A stretch of DNA of 63,563 nt, counting the filler, from Vannella sp. (taxonomy: Eukaryota): the NCBI GenBank assembly GCA_023345925.1. It is 7 parts of 7 records of this genome, joined end to end, with 100 filler letters (N's around TTAATTAATTAA, not from the genome) between each part and the next. Parts side by side here need not be neighbours in the genome. Positions count along the whole stretch, not along the records: positions 1 to 13,720 come from JAJQQN010001419.1; 6 more parts are not named here. One strand, 5' to 3'. Position numbers and translations under genes: made by a program. Shown here in pieces: positions 1-10,815 of this stretch (position 1 is the first letter of the stretch; each line of letters opens with the position of its first letter). The notes below the pieces were generated by a model. The model did no database searches, was not told the DNA's origin, and saw nothing but the letters and a program-made list of their open reading frames with translations.

Positions 1-122
1 GGGCCGTGAACTTTCTCCGTGAACTCGTTCTTCCCCTTCGTGGATTTTCTCGCCGCTCAGATAGAAATGGTCTTCTCCTTTTGAAAGAGGAGCTTGCGGA
101 TGAAATTAAATGACAGTTTACT

Positions 123-1722
123 ATGAGGAGCGGGAGGATGGGGAGGATGTTGATGTTTTTGTTTGCACTTGGGGTTTGCAGCCTCGTGTTCCTGTCCAGC
201 TTCCCGGCAGGGAGTCAACTGGTGTCATATTCAGCATCCGTGCCTTCTCCCACACCCAGCCGGAGTAACATCCCTTCACTACCGCCCAGCGGGGAGGTTC
301 AGTTTTTGGTGTTGCGGAACTACCCACAAGAGTCACCCATTCCCCCAAGAGCAGTGCCTGGCGTGGATATAGATCACTTAGATGTCCTAAAAGCGTCTGA
401 ATTCGCGATCTGCTCCAACCAGGAGAGCATATCGCGTTGCGCGATGTCCCCTCACAGCGAGATGTTCTGTATTGTGGACCATTTAGCCATCAATCTGAAC
501 GAGATCCAGTTCTCCTTCCCAAGCCGTCGATCGCAGCCCATGGAGCAGATCTACTTGCGCCAGGGATCCATAGAACTCCCTGAATGTAAAGATCAGTTGC
601 GATTGCGGCCTCATTTCGCCAAAGCAGACATCCAACCGTTACTAGGCAACAGAGATATTGTATCAGCACTAACTAGGCCCATCCACATGCGCAGAAACGC
701 ACCAGTTGAGTGTCCTCAGTGGAAGGGCGGAGTGACATTCTTAATGAGCCGCTTTGTGGCTCACAATATGTACCACGCTACTCACGAGATCTTCTCGATG
801 TGGATATCAGCCCACTTATACGGGTATCAGTCACTTTCTGGGTTCCAAATCGTCTTCCTGGACTCGGCAGAAGAAGATCTTCATGCGAGCCTCTTTTATC
901 AAACCACTGGGCTTGAACCCGTCTCTTTAACCAGTTTGGCTCGAAGTGATAGCTCGGAACGTATTCAATGCTTTGAGACGGTGATCATCGGCTGCTCTTC
1001 GCGGGGATTGCTCTCTCATGAAACAGCTCTTTCATCCACAAACACCACTATTCTCGGCCGCAGTGAGCTTTGGCTCAATTTTCGGACCTTTATGAGGGAG
1101 AGCTTTGGTAAGATCTCACTTTTAAGACCAAAGGAGTCGCTCACATGCAGCTCACAGGAATAGCGAACATTCCGAGAGAATCTCTTTCCCCCGTGCGTGC
1201 GACACTCATTGTCCGGCGAGACTACAAAAAGACCACAAGGGAGAGCACAACTCAGCGCAAGTTCGTTAATGAGCAGGAGAGTAAGAACGGCCAACTCAGG
1301 TTCCCGAGTGACGACTGACTTGTTGGATGTTTTTCCCAGTCATTTCTGTTCTACAGAAGATCCCTCATCTTCAGCTGGATGTGTTGGACTTTGCGCAGCT
1401 GTCCTACATCGAGCAAGTGTATCAAATGCAATCCACTGACATCCTCATTGGCTTCCACGGGGCCGGTCTCATTCAAGCGTTGTACCTTCCCGATAGGAGC
1501 ACGGTCATTGAGATGAGCGGCGGACAGTACAGCAGCAGGCAGCACTACTACAGCCTTTGCCAGTATCTGCAACTCTCCTTCCACCGCCTTGACGTTGAAG
1601 TCATTAACGAAGCCCTTCCCAACGAAGACCTCCAAGAACCCCTCGATGGCATCTATGTGGACCCTGTGAGCTTGCGAGCGTTCATACTACCGATAGTCCA
1701 AGAGATACACACGAGAAGATGA
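123..1722 (+). CDS. Glycosyltransferase family 61 (EOGT/POMGNT2-like), type II membrane, 3 exons
   Basis: N-terminal TM anchor; NMYHATHE motif; C-terminal GT61 signature QV..MQSTDILIGFHGAGL..ALYLP..STVIE. Two GT-AG introns (about 1108-1157 and 1281-1339) join ORFs 123..1163 and 1327..1722 in frame. Confidence 0.8.
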
Positions 1723-1861
1723 CCTTTAACGCCTCAATCTTTGGAGAACGATCCGAGAAGACGTCCTCTCTTTGATGCATCTTTGGCTGGGTCTTATCGG
1801 TGGTCTGCTGCATAAGGGCTCATCGTAGTTGGTACAAGCAGGTCTCCAGTGTCGGCATTGG

Positions 1862-3418
1862 ATGAGGGCGAGGGGTTGGGGGCGGGTTTTGGTTGCCGTC
1901 GGGGTTTGCAGCCTCGTGTTGTTGCTCGGTCTTGAAAGAGAGAGTCTGCTGACATCACAGAGAGTATATGAACGCTCACTGACACTCAGCTTGAGTAACA
2001 ACTCTTCTGTGCGCGTGATCGAAGAGGTTCAGAGGGCGCCCTTGCAAACCTACCCACAGGAGCCACTCCTTCCACAGAGTGTTCCCGGACTGGACGTAGA
2101 CCATCTCAGGGTCCTACAGGAGTCAGAGTTTGCACTCTGCCTTGACCAGGGGAGCCTTTCACGTTGCTCCTTGTACCCCCAAAGCGAGATGTTCTGCATT
2201 GTGGACCATTTAGCCCTCAATCTGAACGAGATACTCATCTATCCTCAGAGGCGTCGTGCGCAGTATGTAGAACGGGTCCATCTACAGCCAGGATCCTTAG
2301 TTCTCCATCATTGCAAAGATTTATCGCCTTTGCGGCCTCATTTCGAGGAGGCTGGCGTCCAGCCAGTCAAGGGGAACAGTGAAGTAGTAGAGGGACTTCA
2401 GCCACCTCCGGGAATGCGCAAAAATCCCCCTGTGGAGTGTCCTCAGTGGAAGAGCGGAGTGACATTCTTTGTGACCCGCTATGTGGCACAGAATATGTAC
2501 CACGCTACTCACGAGATCCTCTCGATGTGGATAACGGCTCGTTTATATGGATACCAGTCACTCTCTGGATTCCAGGTTATCTTTATGGACTCAGCAGAAG
2601 AAGACCTTCATGTGAGCCTCTTCCATCAAACCACTGGGCTTAAGCCGATGTCGATTGTTAACATAAGTCAAAATGAAGCTACTGAGCGGCTTCAGTGCTT
2701 TGAAACGGTCATCATTGGCTGTTCCTCGCGGGGATTGCTTTTGTATGAAACGGCGAACTCGCTAACAAACACTTCTCTTCTTGGTCGCAGTGAGCTTTGG
2801 CTCAACTTCAGAACCTACATGAGAGATGTGTTTGGTAAGGTCGCTCTTTAAGACCAAATAGTGACTTACAATCTTCCAGGAGTGGCCAACATTCCTAGAG
2901 AACCTCAGTCTCCTGTTCGGGCGACTCTCATTGTCCGGAGAGACTACAAAAAGATTGTGATCGATCCCGATACGTCAACGCTGCGCAAGTTCGTCAATGA
3001 ACCGGAGAGTAAGGCGGTTGGATGGTGACATGAAGTGACGACTGACTGGGTGTTTCTTCCAGTCATTTCTGCGCTCCAGAAGATCCCTCATCTTCAGCTA
3101 GACGTGGTGGATCTTGCTGCACTCTCCTACATCGAGCAAGTGCACCAAATGCAATCCACTGACATCCTCATTGGCTTCCACGGGGCCGGTCTCATTCAAG
3201 CGCTGTTCCTTCCTGACAGGAGCACGGTCATTGAAATTAGCGGCGGGAACTACAGCAACAAGCAGCACTACTTTGCCCTGTGCCAGTTCCTTCAACTCTC
3301 CTTCCACCGCCTTTATCTTCAAACCATCAGTGGGGGTCTTTATGACGTCTTTGTGGACCCTCTGGAACTGCAAGAGTTCGTATTGCCGATAGTACAAGAG
3401 ATATATACGAACAGGTGA
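1862..3418 (+). CDS. Glycosyltransferase family 61, tandem paralog of 123..1722, 3 exons
   Basis: Same motifs (NMYHATHE, STDILIGFHGAGL) and same two intron positions as the upstream copy; ATG at 1862. Confidence 0.8.
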
Positions 3419-3447
3419 CCTGGAAAGCTTCATTCTTGGGGGATTGG

Positions 3448-4524
3448 ATGCGAGTGGTGGTCGCTTTGTTGGTTATCTTCGGCCTTGTGGTTCAGTTGTA
3501 CTTTGTTGTCACTTGGAGTCGTACTTACTACAAGCCTATCTCTTCTCAGCAGGCTATACTGGAGGTTCCTGCTGCTGTTCCTGAGGAAAGAGAAAACGAT
3601 CCTCATTTGGCGGTTGAGTCGCTCCTTCCTCTCTTTGTGGAGGGGTTCGACTTGACTGGCCATATGGATCGTCTACTAGATCCAGCACGAGCTTGGAGGC
3701 CACAGGAGGAGGGCCAGCACCGCCTCTGCTTGATCATTCCGTACCGAGAGTCCTTCGATGAGAGGAGTAACGGTGTGGGACGCTCCCAGCAGCTTGCACA
3801 GATGATACCTACAATGAAGAGGTGGTTAGGAGGACAGCAGATACCAACAGTCTTCATCATTGCCGAGCAGGAGCAAGGACTCCCTTGGAACAAAGGCGCC
3901 ACTCTCAACCTGGGCTTCCTAACGTCTCTACCTCTTTGTGACTACGTAGTGTTCCAAGATGTAGACTACACGCCTATCAATCCCGCCATCCCTTACGGCT
4001 TTCCGTCCGCCCCGACCCACATGGCCACTTGGAATCACAATAACGAGCCAATGCCAAGTGTTGGAGGGGTTTGGAGTACTTCAAGTGCTCACCAGATCAT
4101 TAACGGAGGCTGGTCTAATCAGTATTGGGGCTGGGGTACCGAAGATACAGACATGCGCCTCCGAATCGAACAAGGTCCATTCCCCATTATTCTTGTGCCT
4201 TTGGCGATTGGAATGTTTGAGGAGTATCCTCACCAGCGCGCTCCACAAAGTTTAGAGAATAGTAGGCAGTTCGAAAGGGGGCAGCAAGTTCTAGAAAGCC
4301 TCAGACAACACCGATTGAACCCTCACAGCGAAGGATTGCGTTCTGTTCGTGGTTCCATCGTCAAAGTCCTCCAAGATGAGCCTGACTTTAAGCATTACAT
4401 CTTCCGCATCGATAATCGCGATAATCTCTTCGAAGGCGACATTCCAGCGCAAAATGGCGGTTTCCAGAACGCATTCCAGAACGCATTCCAGAATCCAATT
4501 GACCTCCCGTTTCCCAGGGTGTAG
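3448..4524 (+). CDS. Glycosyltransferase family 7 (beta-1,4-galactosyltransferase-like)
   Basis: TM anchor, IIPYR, WNKGATLNLGF, FQDVD (DxD) and SNQYWGWGTEDTD motifs typical of GT7; single exon. Confidence 0.85.
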   Translation: MRVVVALLVIFGLVVQLYFVVTWSRTYYKPISSQQAILEVPAAVPEERENDPHLAVESLLPLFVEGFDLTGHMDRLLDPARAWRPQEEGQHRLCLIIPYRESFDERSNGVGRSQQLAQMIPTMKRWLGGQQIPTVFIIAEQEQGLPWNKGATLNLGFLTSLPLCDYVVFQDVDYTPINPAIPYGFPSAPTHMATWNHNNEPMPSVGGVWSTSSAHQIINGGWSNQYWGWGTEDTDMRLRIEQGPFPIILVPLAIGMFEEYPHQRAPQSLENSRQFERGQQVLESLRQHRLNPHSEGLRSVRGSIVKVLQDEPDFKHYIFRIDNRDNLFEGDIPAQNGGFQNAFQNAFQNPIDLPFPRV

Positions 4525-4601
4525 GTCAGTATATTGTGGTAAATGATGTATCTTTAGCACTTCTCTTTCACTCTCTAAGCGATAGATTTGATTGAGACCG
4601 C

Positions 4602-6307
4602 TTAAAGTGAGATATTAGTGTATGTTTGAAGAGGGTCAGTCAGTACGGAGTAAAGCTTGTTCCAGTTGTAAATGAGGTCATCTTGGAGGTGATTCTTCAG
4701 GGGTGCAAGTGGGTAAATGATTTGATCAAAAAGGGTCCAATCGTAAGGGTCTACATCAGCCAAGTTGACGTCTTCTCGGAACATTCTCTGCTTTCCTCGA
4801 TAATTCAGATTGCAGATAAGCTGACTCCCTCTCGTCAGTATCCACACGTCTAGCTCAGAGCAGAGAAAGTGACTTACATCAACATAGACCTCCGGGCGAG
4901 TTCCAGAGCGTTTCTGATAATCATTGGCAATCATATTGGCGAATTGAATGACAAGCTCTGGGCGAGGCTTAATCTTCCGCACTTGCTTACCAAATAGATA
5001 AGATTCAAAGTCCACATTGAAGGCTTTGCCAAGCTGAGGGTCGACGGCTGTCATGGCAATGTCACATTGCTTGTCTCGAAGCTTCATTCTCCACGAATAT
5101 CGATGTCCCATCTCATTCCACGCGACGTTATCGTAGTAAGTGTGATGCCGAAGAGGAGTCAAGATTTGATTCAAAGCGAACAGGAAGAAGAGCAGTAAGA
5201 TGAGCTTTCTCTTCCATCCAAACTGGCCAGTAAACGGAACTTCTTTGGCAGGCGAGATGATTTGCGCGACTCCTGGAAGATTGAAGATCCAATCTGGTTC
5301 AAAAAAGAGGGTTGTAGAGGCCAGCATGACCCAAGGGAAGATTCCTATGTTCATCAAGAACTTATTGGAGAGATGGAAGAACACGCAATTGAAGACAGTC
5401 GCGTAGAAGACGATTCCTCTCGGGAAACAGAGAAGGAATCCCGCTGTCAAGTCAAATACCACTCCTCCTACACACACAAAGTAGACACCACCCTCACTGA
5501 TCATGAATTTCTATCCCAGAGTCTCTCAGTACCCCAAAGTGGTCACTAAAGGAGGATCTGACTTACAGTGAGCAAGTAGCTGAAGGTGGATTCAGGGTTG
5601 TAGCTTCGAAGGGCACGACCAGGGAGCCAGTGACGTATTGGTTCTCCACGAAGCCAGTCTTCGTTCAGCTTCGCCACGCCAGCAAAGAAGTAAACGACAA
5701 TCTGTTCGAATCGGAGGAGATACAGCACGTAGCGGGGCATGGTAGACCTGTAGATCGACTTAAACACAAGAGAATCGATAGAAAAGCGCTGGTTTGCTGG
5801 TAAGAAGATCAGGATGAAGGCCATGATGGCGATCAAGTGGAAGTGGTTCAAGTACAGGCTTGCATCAAGGAGGATAAGCTGCAAGAACCCTAAGAAGAAC
5901 ACGATACAGCTCAGATGATACACCATACCAAGTGTCACGCCGAAGCTAGCAAAGAGCATCACCCAAACGTGGTAGAACATTCCATCCCCCGGCCACGCAT
6001 GGACCCAGAAGAAGCCCCAGTACTTGGGGTAGAAGTTACTAAGTAGGTAGTAGACCTTGAGCTTGTTGTAGTCATGTCTGATGAAGGTATAGCACTCCCA
6101 GGCCATGATAAGGCCCCACATAACGCGGAAGATGACCAGCGTGCTGTTATCCACCTCATCAAAGAAGCTCCTCACCCAGCTAGCTCCTCTTCCCTTCCAA
6201 GTACCACTGTCCTTCCCATCCACGTAGACATGCTTCTCCCGCACCCTCTTCGGAAGAGGATCGGGCGCCTCCTCGTGCGCCGGTCCCTTCCTCCTCCTCC
6301 CCGTCAT
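4602..6307 (-). CDS. HTTM-domain / vitamin K-dependent gamma-glutamyl carboxylase-like membrane protein, 3 exons
   Basis: FRVMWG, YLNHFHL, YFFAGVAKLNEDWLRG, FH..N..L.NIGIFPW, GHRYSWRMKLR; introns at about 5511-5566 and 4821-4877 restore one frame. Confidence 0.8.
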
Positions 6308-6402
6308 CAACAAATGGATGAAAGCCCGCCCATTAGGTACCACATGAGCACCTCTTTCATTCCGTTAGTCGTCCCGATCTTCAGGCAAAGGGGCGGAAGC
6401 AG

Positions 6403-7058
6403 CTAAGGACAATTCCAGTGCCAAGTCCGGGAATGAGAGGTCGTGTGGGGTGCCGGCGGTGCGGTAACGTAAGATAGATGAGGCTTTCTGAAAATGGTCC
6501 TTGCGAGGAACTGGAAGGGCTTATGGCAGTTGTGACCGGTTTTGGGGGAGATTTCATAGTATTGACATTCTCTCTCCTCTGGCAGTGTCCCTTGCTGGTG
6601 AGGACTTTGCGAGTCTATCTCATCTGACTTGCTACCGCATAAGACGATGGGAATCTCACCACACGAGGAATGAACAAGGCGGTACCATTTCGCAATGTTT
6701 TGGTGCGACTCTTTGGAGTTCAGGGAGAACATGAGGATGGCGCATTCTGCTTTGGGGAAGCTAGGAAGGGATGTACCGTCTATCTGCCCGGGAACATCCC
6801 AGCAATGGAAGACAATCTCTCCATAACTTGTTCCAAAGAGGATTCTGTGGACATTCTGTGACTCTGTTGCGACATAGAGAGCCTCAAACTGATCAAACAT
6901 GAGTCTTGTAACCAGCGCCTTGGTCAAATGTAAGTCATTTCAACACAGACGGACCAAAAGCAAGCGAGGGAAACGCGTACCGTCTTTCCCACGCTCCTGT
7001 CTCCCACCAGGACGGCGGAAACTGAAAGAGGATCCCCCCTATTCTTGAACAAAGACAT
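6403..7058 (-). CDS. Divergent Ran-like small GTPase, 2 exons
   Basis: VLVGDRSVGKT, intron, then ALV.R...QFE..YVAT; F.TSYGEIVFHCWDVPGQ; CAILMF; IPIVLCGSKSD; YYEISPKTGHNCHKPFQFLAR, colinear with Ran. Confidence 0.75.
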
Positions 7059-7165
7059 TCCAAGAGAAAGAAGTGAGCACTGACTGAAGGGCGGCAGAAA
7101 ATGAGAAAAAGGGCGGGAAAAGAGTTTGGATGAAGACATTATTCGTTTATTGGCAAGGTTAAGCT

Positions 7166-9817
7166 TTACTGGGTTGTAAAGGGTGAGCCAGGACAGGGCT
7201 GGGTAAGGGAAAGGACCTGCTTGGCTTGTTGGAGGAGCTCTGACCATTGAGGGAATGACTTTCCATTCCATTGAATGTTTCCGGAGCGTTCTTGATAGAC
7301 TGGCTGATGAATAACGTGCCTGTGCTCATTCAAATAACTCAGACGGAACTCGGATTGGTATTGTGGGTGGTCTAGAAGCTGATGTTGACTGACTAACCAA
7401 CTTCCTGGCGCTTCTTTGGGTAATAAACTGTCCGCGTGCGTTGCCATTCCATGGAACCACGAACCAGAGGCCATTCGAAGAGGTCTCTCCATCAAATCAG
7501 AGGCCTTTCTCATGGGCCCATACCAATTGATACAAGAGCGGAACTCAGTGATGCTCACAACCACTAATCCGCTACTAGCAACTCGTCCAGCTATCTGTTC
7601 CCATATCCTCATGGAAGGATGACCCGTGTGATAAGGTCCACTTGTGCAAAAGGCCCACAAAGCGGGCAGGAATTCATGAATTGGGACTTCATGACGACTC
7701 AAGAAGGAGCGTTTCCAGAACTGGTTTCCAATTAAGAACTCGCCAGCTGGTAGATAATAGTCCACTGTGATGTGATCGAACCACGACTGCTCCAGAATCT
7801 CAGCAAAAGAAGGGCGTTCTTGTGGATCAGAGGACCAGCAGCGATTCAACAAGGCAATAACTCCAACTGGGAACCACTCAGGAATCGCAGGGCGAGCTCC
7901 GTCAATAGTGATTCCTTCTACCATGTCTTCGTAACACTCAAACTCACCCTCGTAAGGATCTTTGTGAGCTAGAGTCTCCCAAATAACAATGCTGAACGAA
8001 TAGACATCAGCTTTGGTGTCATAAGGTTTGTCCAAAAGGATTTCAGGTGCCATGTAGAATGGCGATCCCACAGGCCCTTCCACTCGTTCCCCAGTCTCAT
8101 CTAAGCTCTTGACCGAGGATAATCCAAAGTCAGAAATACGAACGGACCAATTCTGATCTAAGAGGACGTTGCCAGTCTTGAGGTCACGATGAAGGAAAGG
8201 TGGCTTCAAGGAATGAAGCCAATTCATGCCTTGAGCTATTTCTTTCAGTATGGCAAGGCGCCTTCGCATATCTAATTGTACTTGCCGAGTGAATAATACC
8301 TCTTGGAGGCTTCCCATGGGCATCAACTCTGTAACAAGGCAGATGTTAAGCGGTTCCAAGCAAGCTCCAATAAACAGCAACAAGTTCGGATGCCTCAAGT
8401 TGCTCATTATCGCAATCTCCTGCCGAAACTCCTTCAAAGAGTCCTCGTTCACGCTTTGCACGAGCAGTTTCTTGATAGCCACTTCCTTTCCGTGGAGAAA
8501 TCCGCGATGGACAGCGCCGAAGGCTCCCTGGCCCAGTAATTCACCCAGCTGAAGATCTCCATTTGCAAGCTTCCAGTTGCAGTCGAACAGTTCATCCTGC
8601 TCATGGAGTCTCTCTTGCTGCATGACAAAGTCCCGCTGTCTGCTCTCAGCTTGCTGATGAAAGCTCTCCTCCATTTCTGTTCTTATCTGCTGCTCTCGTT
8701 GGGTTCTGAACTCCTCCGCCATGCGGGATTGCTCATTGAGACGGAATGCTTCTAAAGCTTCCTGTAGGCGCCTTTGCTCTTGCTCCTGAATGTTTCTTTC
8801 CCTCTCTTGCTGTTGAGTGAGAAGGTCTCGCTCTCTCTGCTCCCTTTCACTGCGCTCCTTTTCAAGGATAGCAAGAAGAGCTTCTTCTCGCTGCTTGAGC
8901 TCTTCCATCTCTTTGCGTCGGCGCAGTTCGTATTGTTCATGAACTTCCTGTGCCGCTTTCTCCTTTGCCTGTCTGCGAGCCTCTTCTACCATCCGTTGCT
9001 CTTCTTCTGCTCGACGTTGGCGTTGCTGCCTCTCTTCTGCTTTCTGCTGCTCCATTCTGTGCTCTTCCAGGAGCTTCCATTGTTGCTCTCGCTCTTGCCA
9101 TTTGCGCTGGAACTCCTCCTGTTGTGCTTTTTCATTGGCCTCCCGCTCTCGTTGAAGCTTAAGGACTCTCTCTTGCACCTGACGCTCAATGGCTCCCTCT
9201 TCAGTCCTCTTTTTTCGTTCTTCTTCCTCTTGTCGACGCTTGTGATAGAAGTAAGCCTCTTCAGCTGACATTTGTTGCATTGGTCCGCTTGTACGACTGA
9301 TTGGAACAGCGTGAGGTACAATGGGAGCCATGTAGCGCTCCTGTCCGTATGAAACTGGGGTAAAGGAAGGCGCAGGTGCCACTACAGATGGTGCAGATCG
9401 GATTGTGGGGGGTAGGCCACTTGGTGAGGTGATTGGTTCAAGTAAAGGAGCATCATACGCCCTTTGCTGTCGAAAGGAGTCGCCTCTGGCAAGGAAGGGA
9501 GGTGATGGGGTGGAAGGAGCAGCTGAGTACCCTGGCCCTGCACTCAGGGGCACTACACCAGGGTTTGGACGATACCCGGCACTGTCCATACGCCTTAAAC
9601 TACTCATAGATGGTGGTGGCGTCGAAAGAGGAGCCACAGAAGGACCAAATCCAGTCGCCGCACGATAAGAGTTCGCCCTTGCCAGCGGTGGCGGAGCAGC
9701 CGAGACCCCCGGAGGCTGATACGCCGGAGGCCGATAACCCCCTGCTGGCCCTGCAGATCCCTCCCCACGTTGGCCAGGATACCCGCCACGCACTTGCCCC
9801 GCCCACCTGGGATCCAT
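7166..9817 (-). CDS. TKL protein kinase with Pro-rich and coiled-coil N-terminus and C-terminal SH2-like domain (Shk-type)
   Basis: GQGAFG, VAIK, HRDLKTGN, DFG, GSPFYMAPE, DVYSF; C-terminal WFHG...PGSWLVS...FRLSY SH2-like pattern; intronless ORF. Confidence 0.85.
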   Translation of the reverse strand: MDPRWAGQVRGGYPGQRGEGSAGPAGGYRPPAYQPPGVSAAPPPLARANSYRAATGFGPSVAPLSTPPPSMSSLRRMDSAGYRPNPGVVPLSAGPGYSAAPSTPSPPFLARGDSFRQQRAYDAPLLEPITSPSGLPPTIRSAPSVVAPAPSFTPVSYGQERYMAPIVPHAVPISRTSGPMQQMSAEEAYFYHKRRQEEEERKKRTEEGAIERQVQERVLKLQREREANEKAQQEEFQRKWQEREQQWKLLEEHRMEQQKAEERQQRQRRAEEEQRMVEEARRQAKEKAAQEVHEQYELRRRKEMEELKQREEALLAILEKERSEREQRERDLLTQQQERERNIQEQEQRRLQEALEAFRLNEQSRMAEEFRTQREQQIRTEMEESFHQQAESRQRDFVMQQERLHEQDELFDCNWKLANGDLQLGELLGQGAFGAVHRGFLHGKEVAIKKLLVQSVNEDSLKEFRQEIAIMSNLRHPNLLLFIGACLEPLNICLVTELMPMGSLQEVLFTRQVQLDMRRRLAILKEIAQGMNWLHSLKPPFLHRDLKTGNVLLDQNWSVRISDFGLSSVKSLDETGERVEGPVGSPFYMAPEILLDKPYDTKADVYSFSIVIWETLAHKDPYEGEFECYEDMVEGITIDGARPAIPEWFPVGVIALLNRCWSSDPQERPSFAEILEQSWFDHITVDYYLPAGEFLIGNQFWKRSFLSRHEVPIHEFLPALWAFCTSGPYHTGHPSMRIWEQIAGRVASSGLVVVSITEFRSCINWYGPMRKASDLMERPLRMASGSWFHGMATHADSLLPKEAPGSWLVSQHQLLDHPQYQSEFRLSYLNEHRHVIHQPVYQERSGNIQWNGKSFPQWSELLQQAKQVLSLTQPCPGSPFTTQ

Positions 9818-9869
9818 AAAATGCACTAACAAGGCGAAAGAGAATAATAATCTCATCAGAAGGAAGTAT

Positions 9870-10619
9870 TTATTGTTTATTTTGGGACTCGTTTGGGGTT
9901 TCTTCCATCTTTGGGTTGGAGGTGTCGGAACCAGTTTCGGGTGGAGGTGGCGTCGTTTCTGGCTCTGGGGTGGTCTCTGAGAGAGGTGGAGATGGTGGGG
10001 GTGGTGGAGGTCTTGCTAGTTTCTTGCGGGGAAGAACTTCCACGTCAGCGGGGCGGATGACTTGGCCTTTGTACTTGAATCCGGGTTGGACGACACTCGC
10101 AATGGTATCCACAGTCTTCTCTCCCTGCTGATCAAGAGTCTTGACCACTGAGTGCTCCAAGGCGCTAAGCACATCGCCGACATTGGGTGTAAAGGCAGCG
10201 ATCCCTTGTTTCTCCATAACATCAGCGGCCTCTTCGTGGGTCATTCGTAAGCCCTCTAACAAGATCTCTAGTTGCTGCTTGGGATCTTCAGCATCGAGAT
10301 CTGTGTTGTTCAAGGCAAGTGCGAGGTTGTCGTTGACACTTAACAACGCCTTGGCAAAGCTGGTGACTCCGTAGTGGCGTGCATCGTTGATATCCTTTTG
10401 TTGATTACGCAGAAGGACTTCCTTGTCGCCCTTTATCCTTGCAATGTTGTCTTTCCACTCCTCGGCCTCTCCTCGAAGCTTTTCCACCTTCTTATGAAGC
10501 TCCCCCATCTGATCCATCCGCATTGCTGATCCACTCAAACCGCGAACACTGATCCCTTGAGATCGAAGCACAGATCCGCTCCGACGAGAAGCCCAAGCAC
10601 CACAGCGAACTCCCAGCAT
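9870..10619 (-). CDS. grpE: Mitochondrial GrpE nucleotide-exchange factor
   Basis: Arg/Ser-rich presequence-like N-terminus; YGVTSFAKALLSVNDNLALAL; VVQPGFKYKGQVIRPADVEV. Confidence 0.85.
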   Translation of the reverse strand: MLGVRCGAWASRRSGSVLRSQGISVRGLSGSAMRMDQMGELHKKVEKLRGEAEEWKDNIARIKGDKEVLLRNQQKDINDARHYGVTSFAKALLSVNDNLALALNNTDLDAEDPKQQLEILLEGLRMTHEEAADVMEKQGIAAFTPNVGDVLSALEHSVVKTLDQQGEKTVDTIASVVQPGFKYKGQVIRPADVEVLPRKKLARPPPPPPSPPLSETTPEPETTPPPPETGSDTSNPKMEETPNESQNKQ

Positions 10620-10815
10620 CAAAGGCAAAGAAATTATGAGCAAAACAGCCCGATTCTCCATTTCCTGGAAAGATCCAGAAAATCGAAATAATGGCATCAA
10701 TTTGGGTTCCGATTCAGGGCCATCGAAAAGAGCTTCCAAATTCGACTGGGCTCAATGCGATTTTTGAACGATCGTTGATAACCTTAAACCGATTTGATTG
10801 TCATTTAGTGGGGAG

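Noticed and set aside
4462..4494. 12-bp tandem repeat encoding FQNAFQNAFQN
   Set aside because: Short slippage duplication in a C-terminal tail with no evidence of function.
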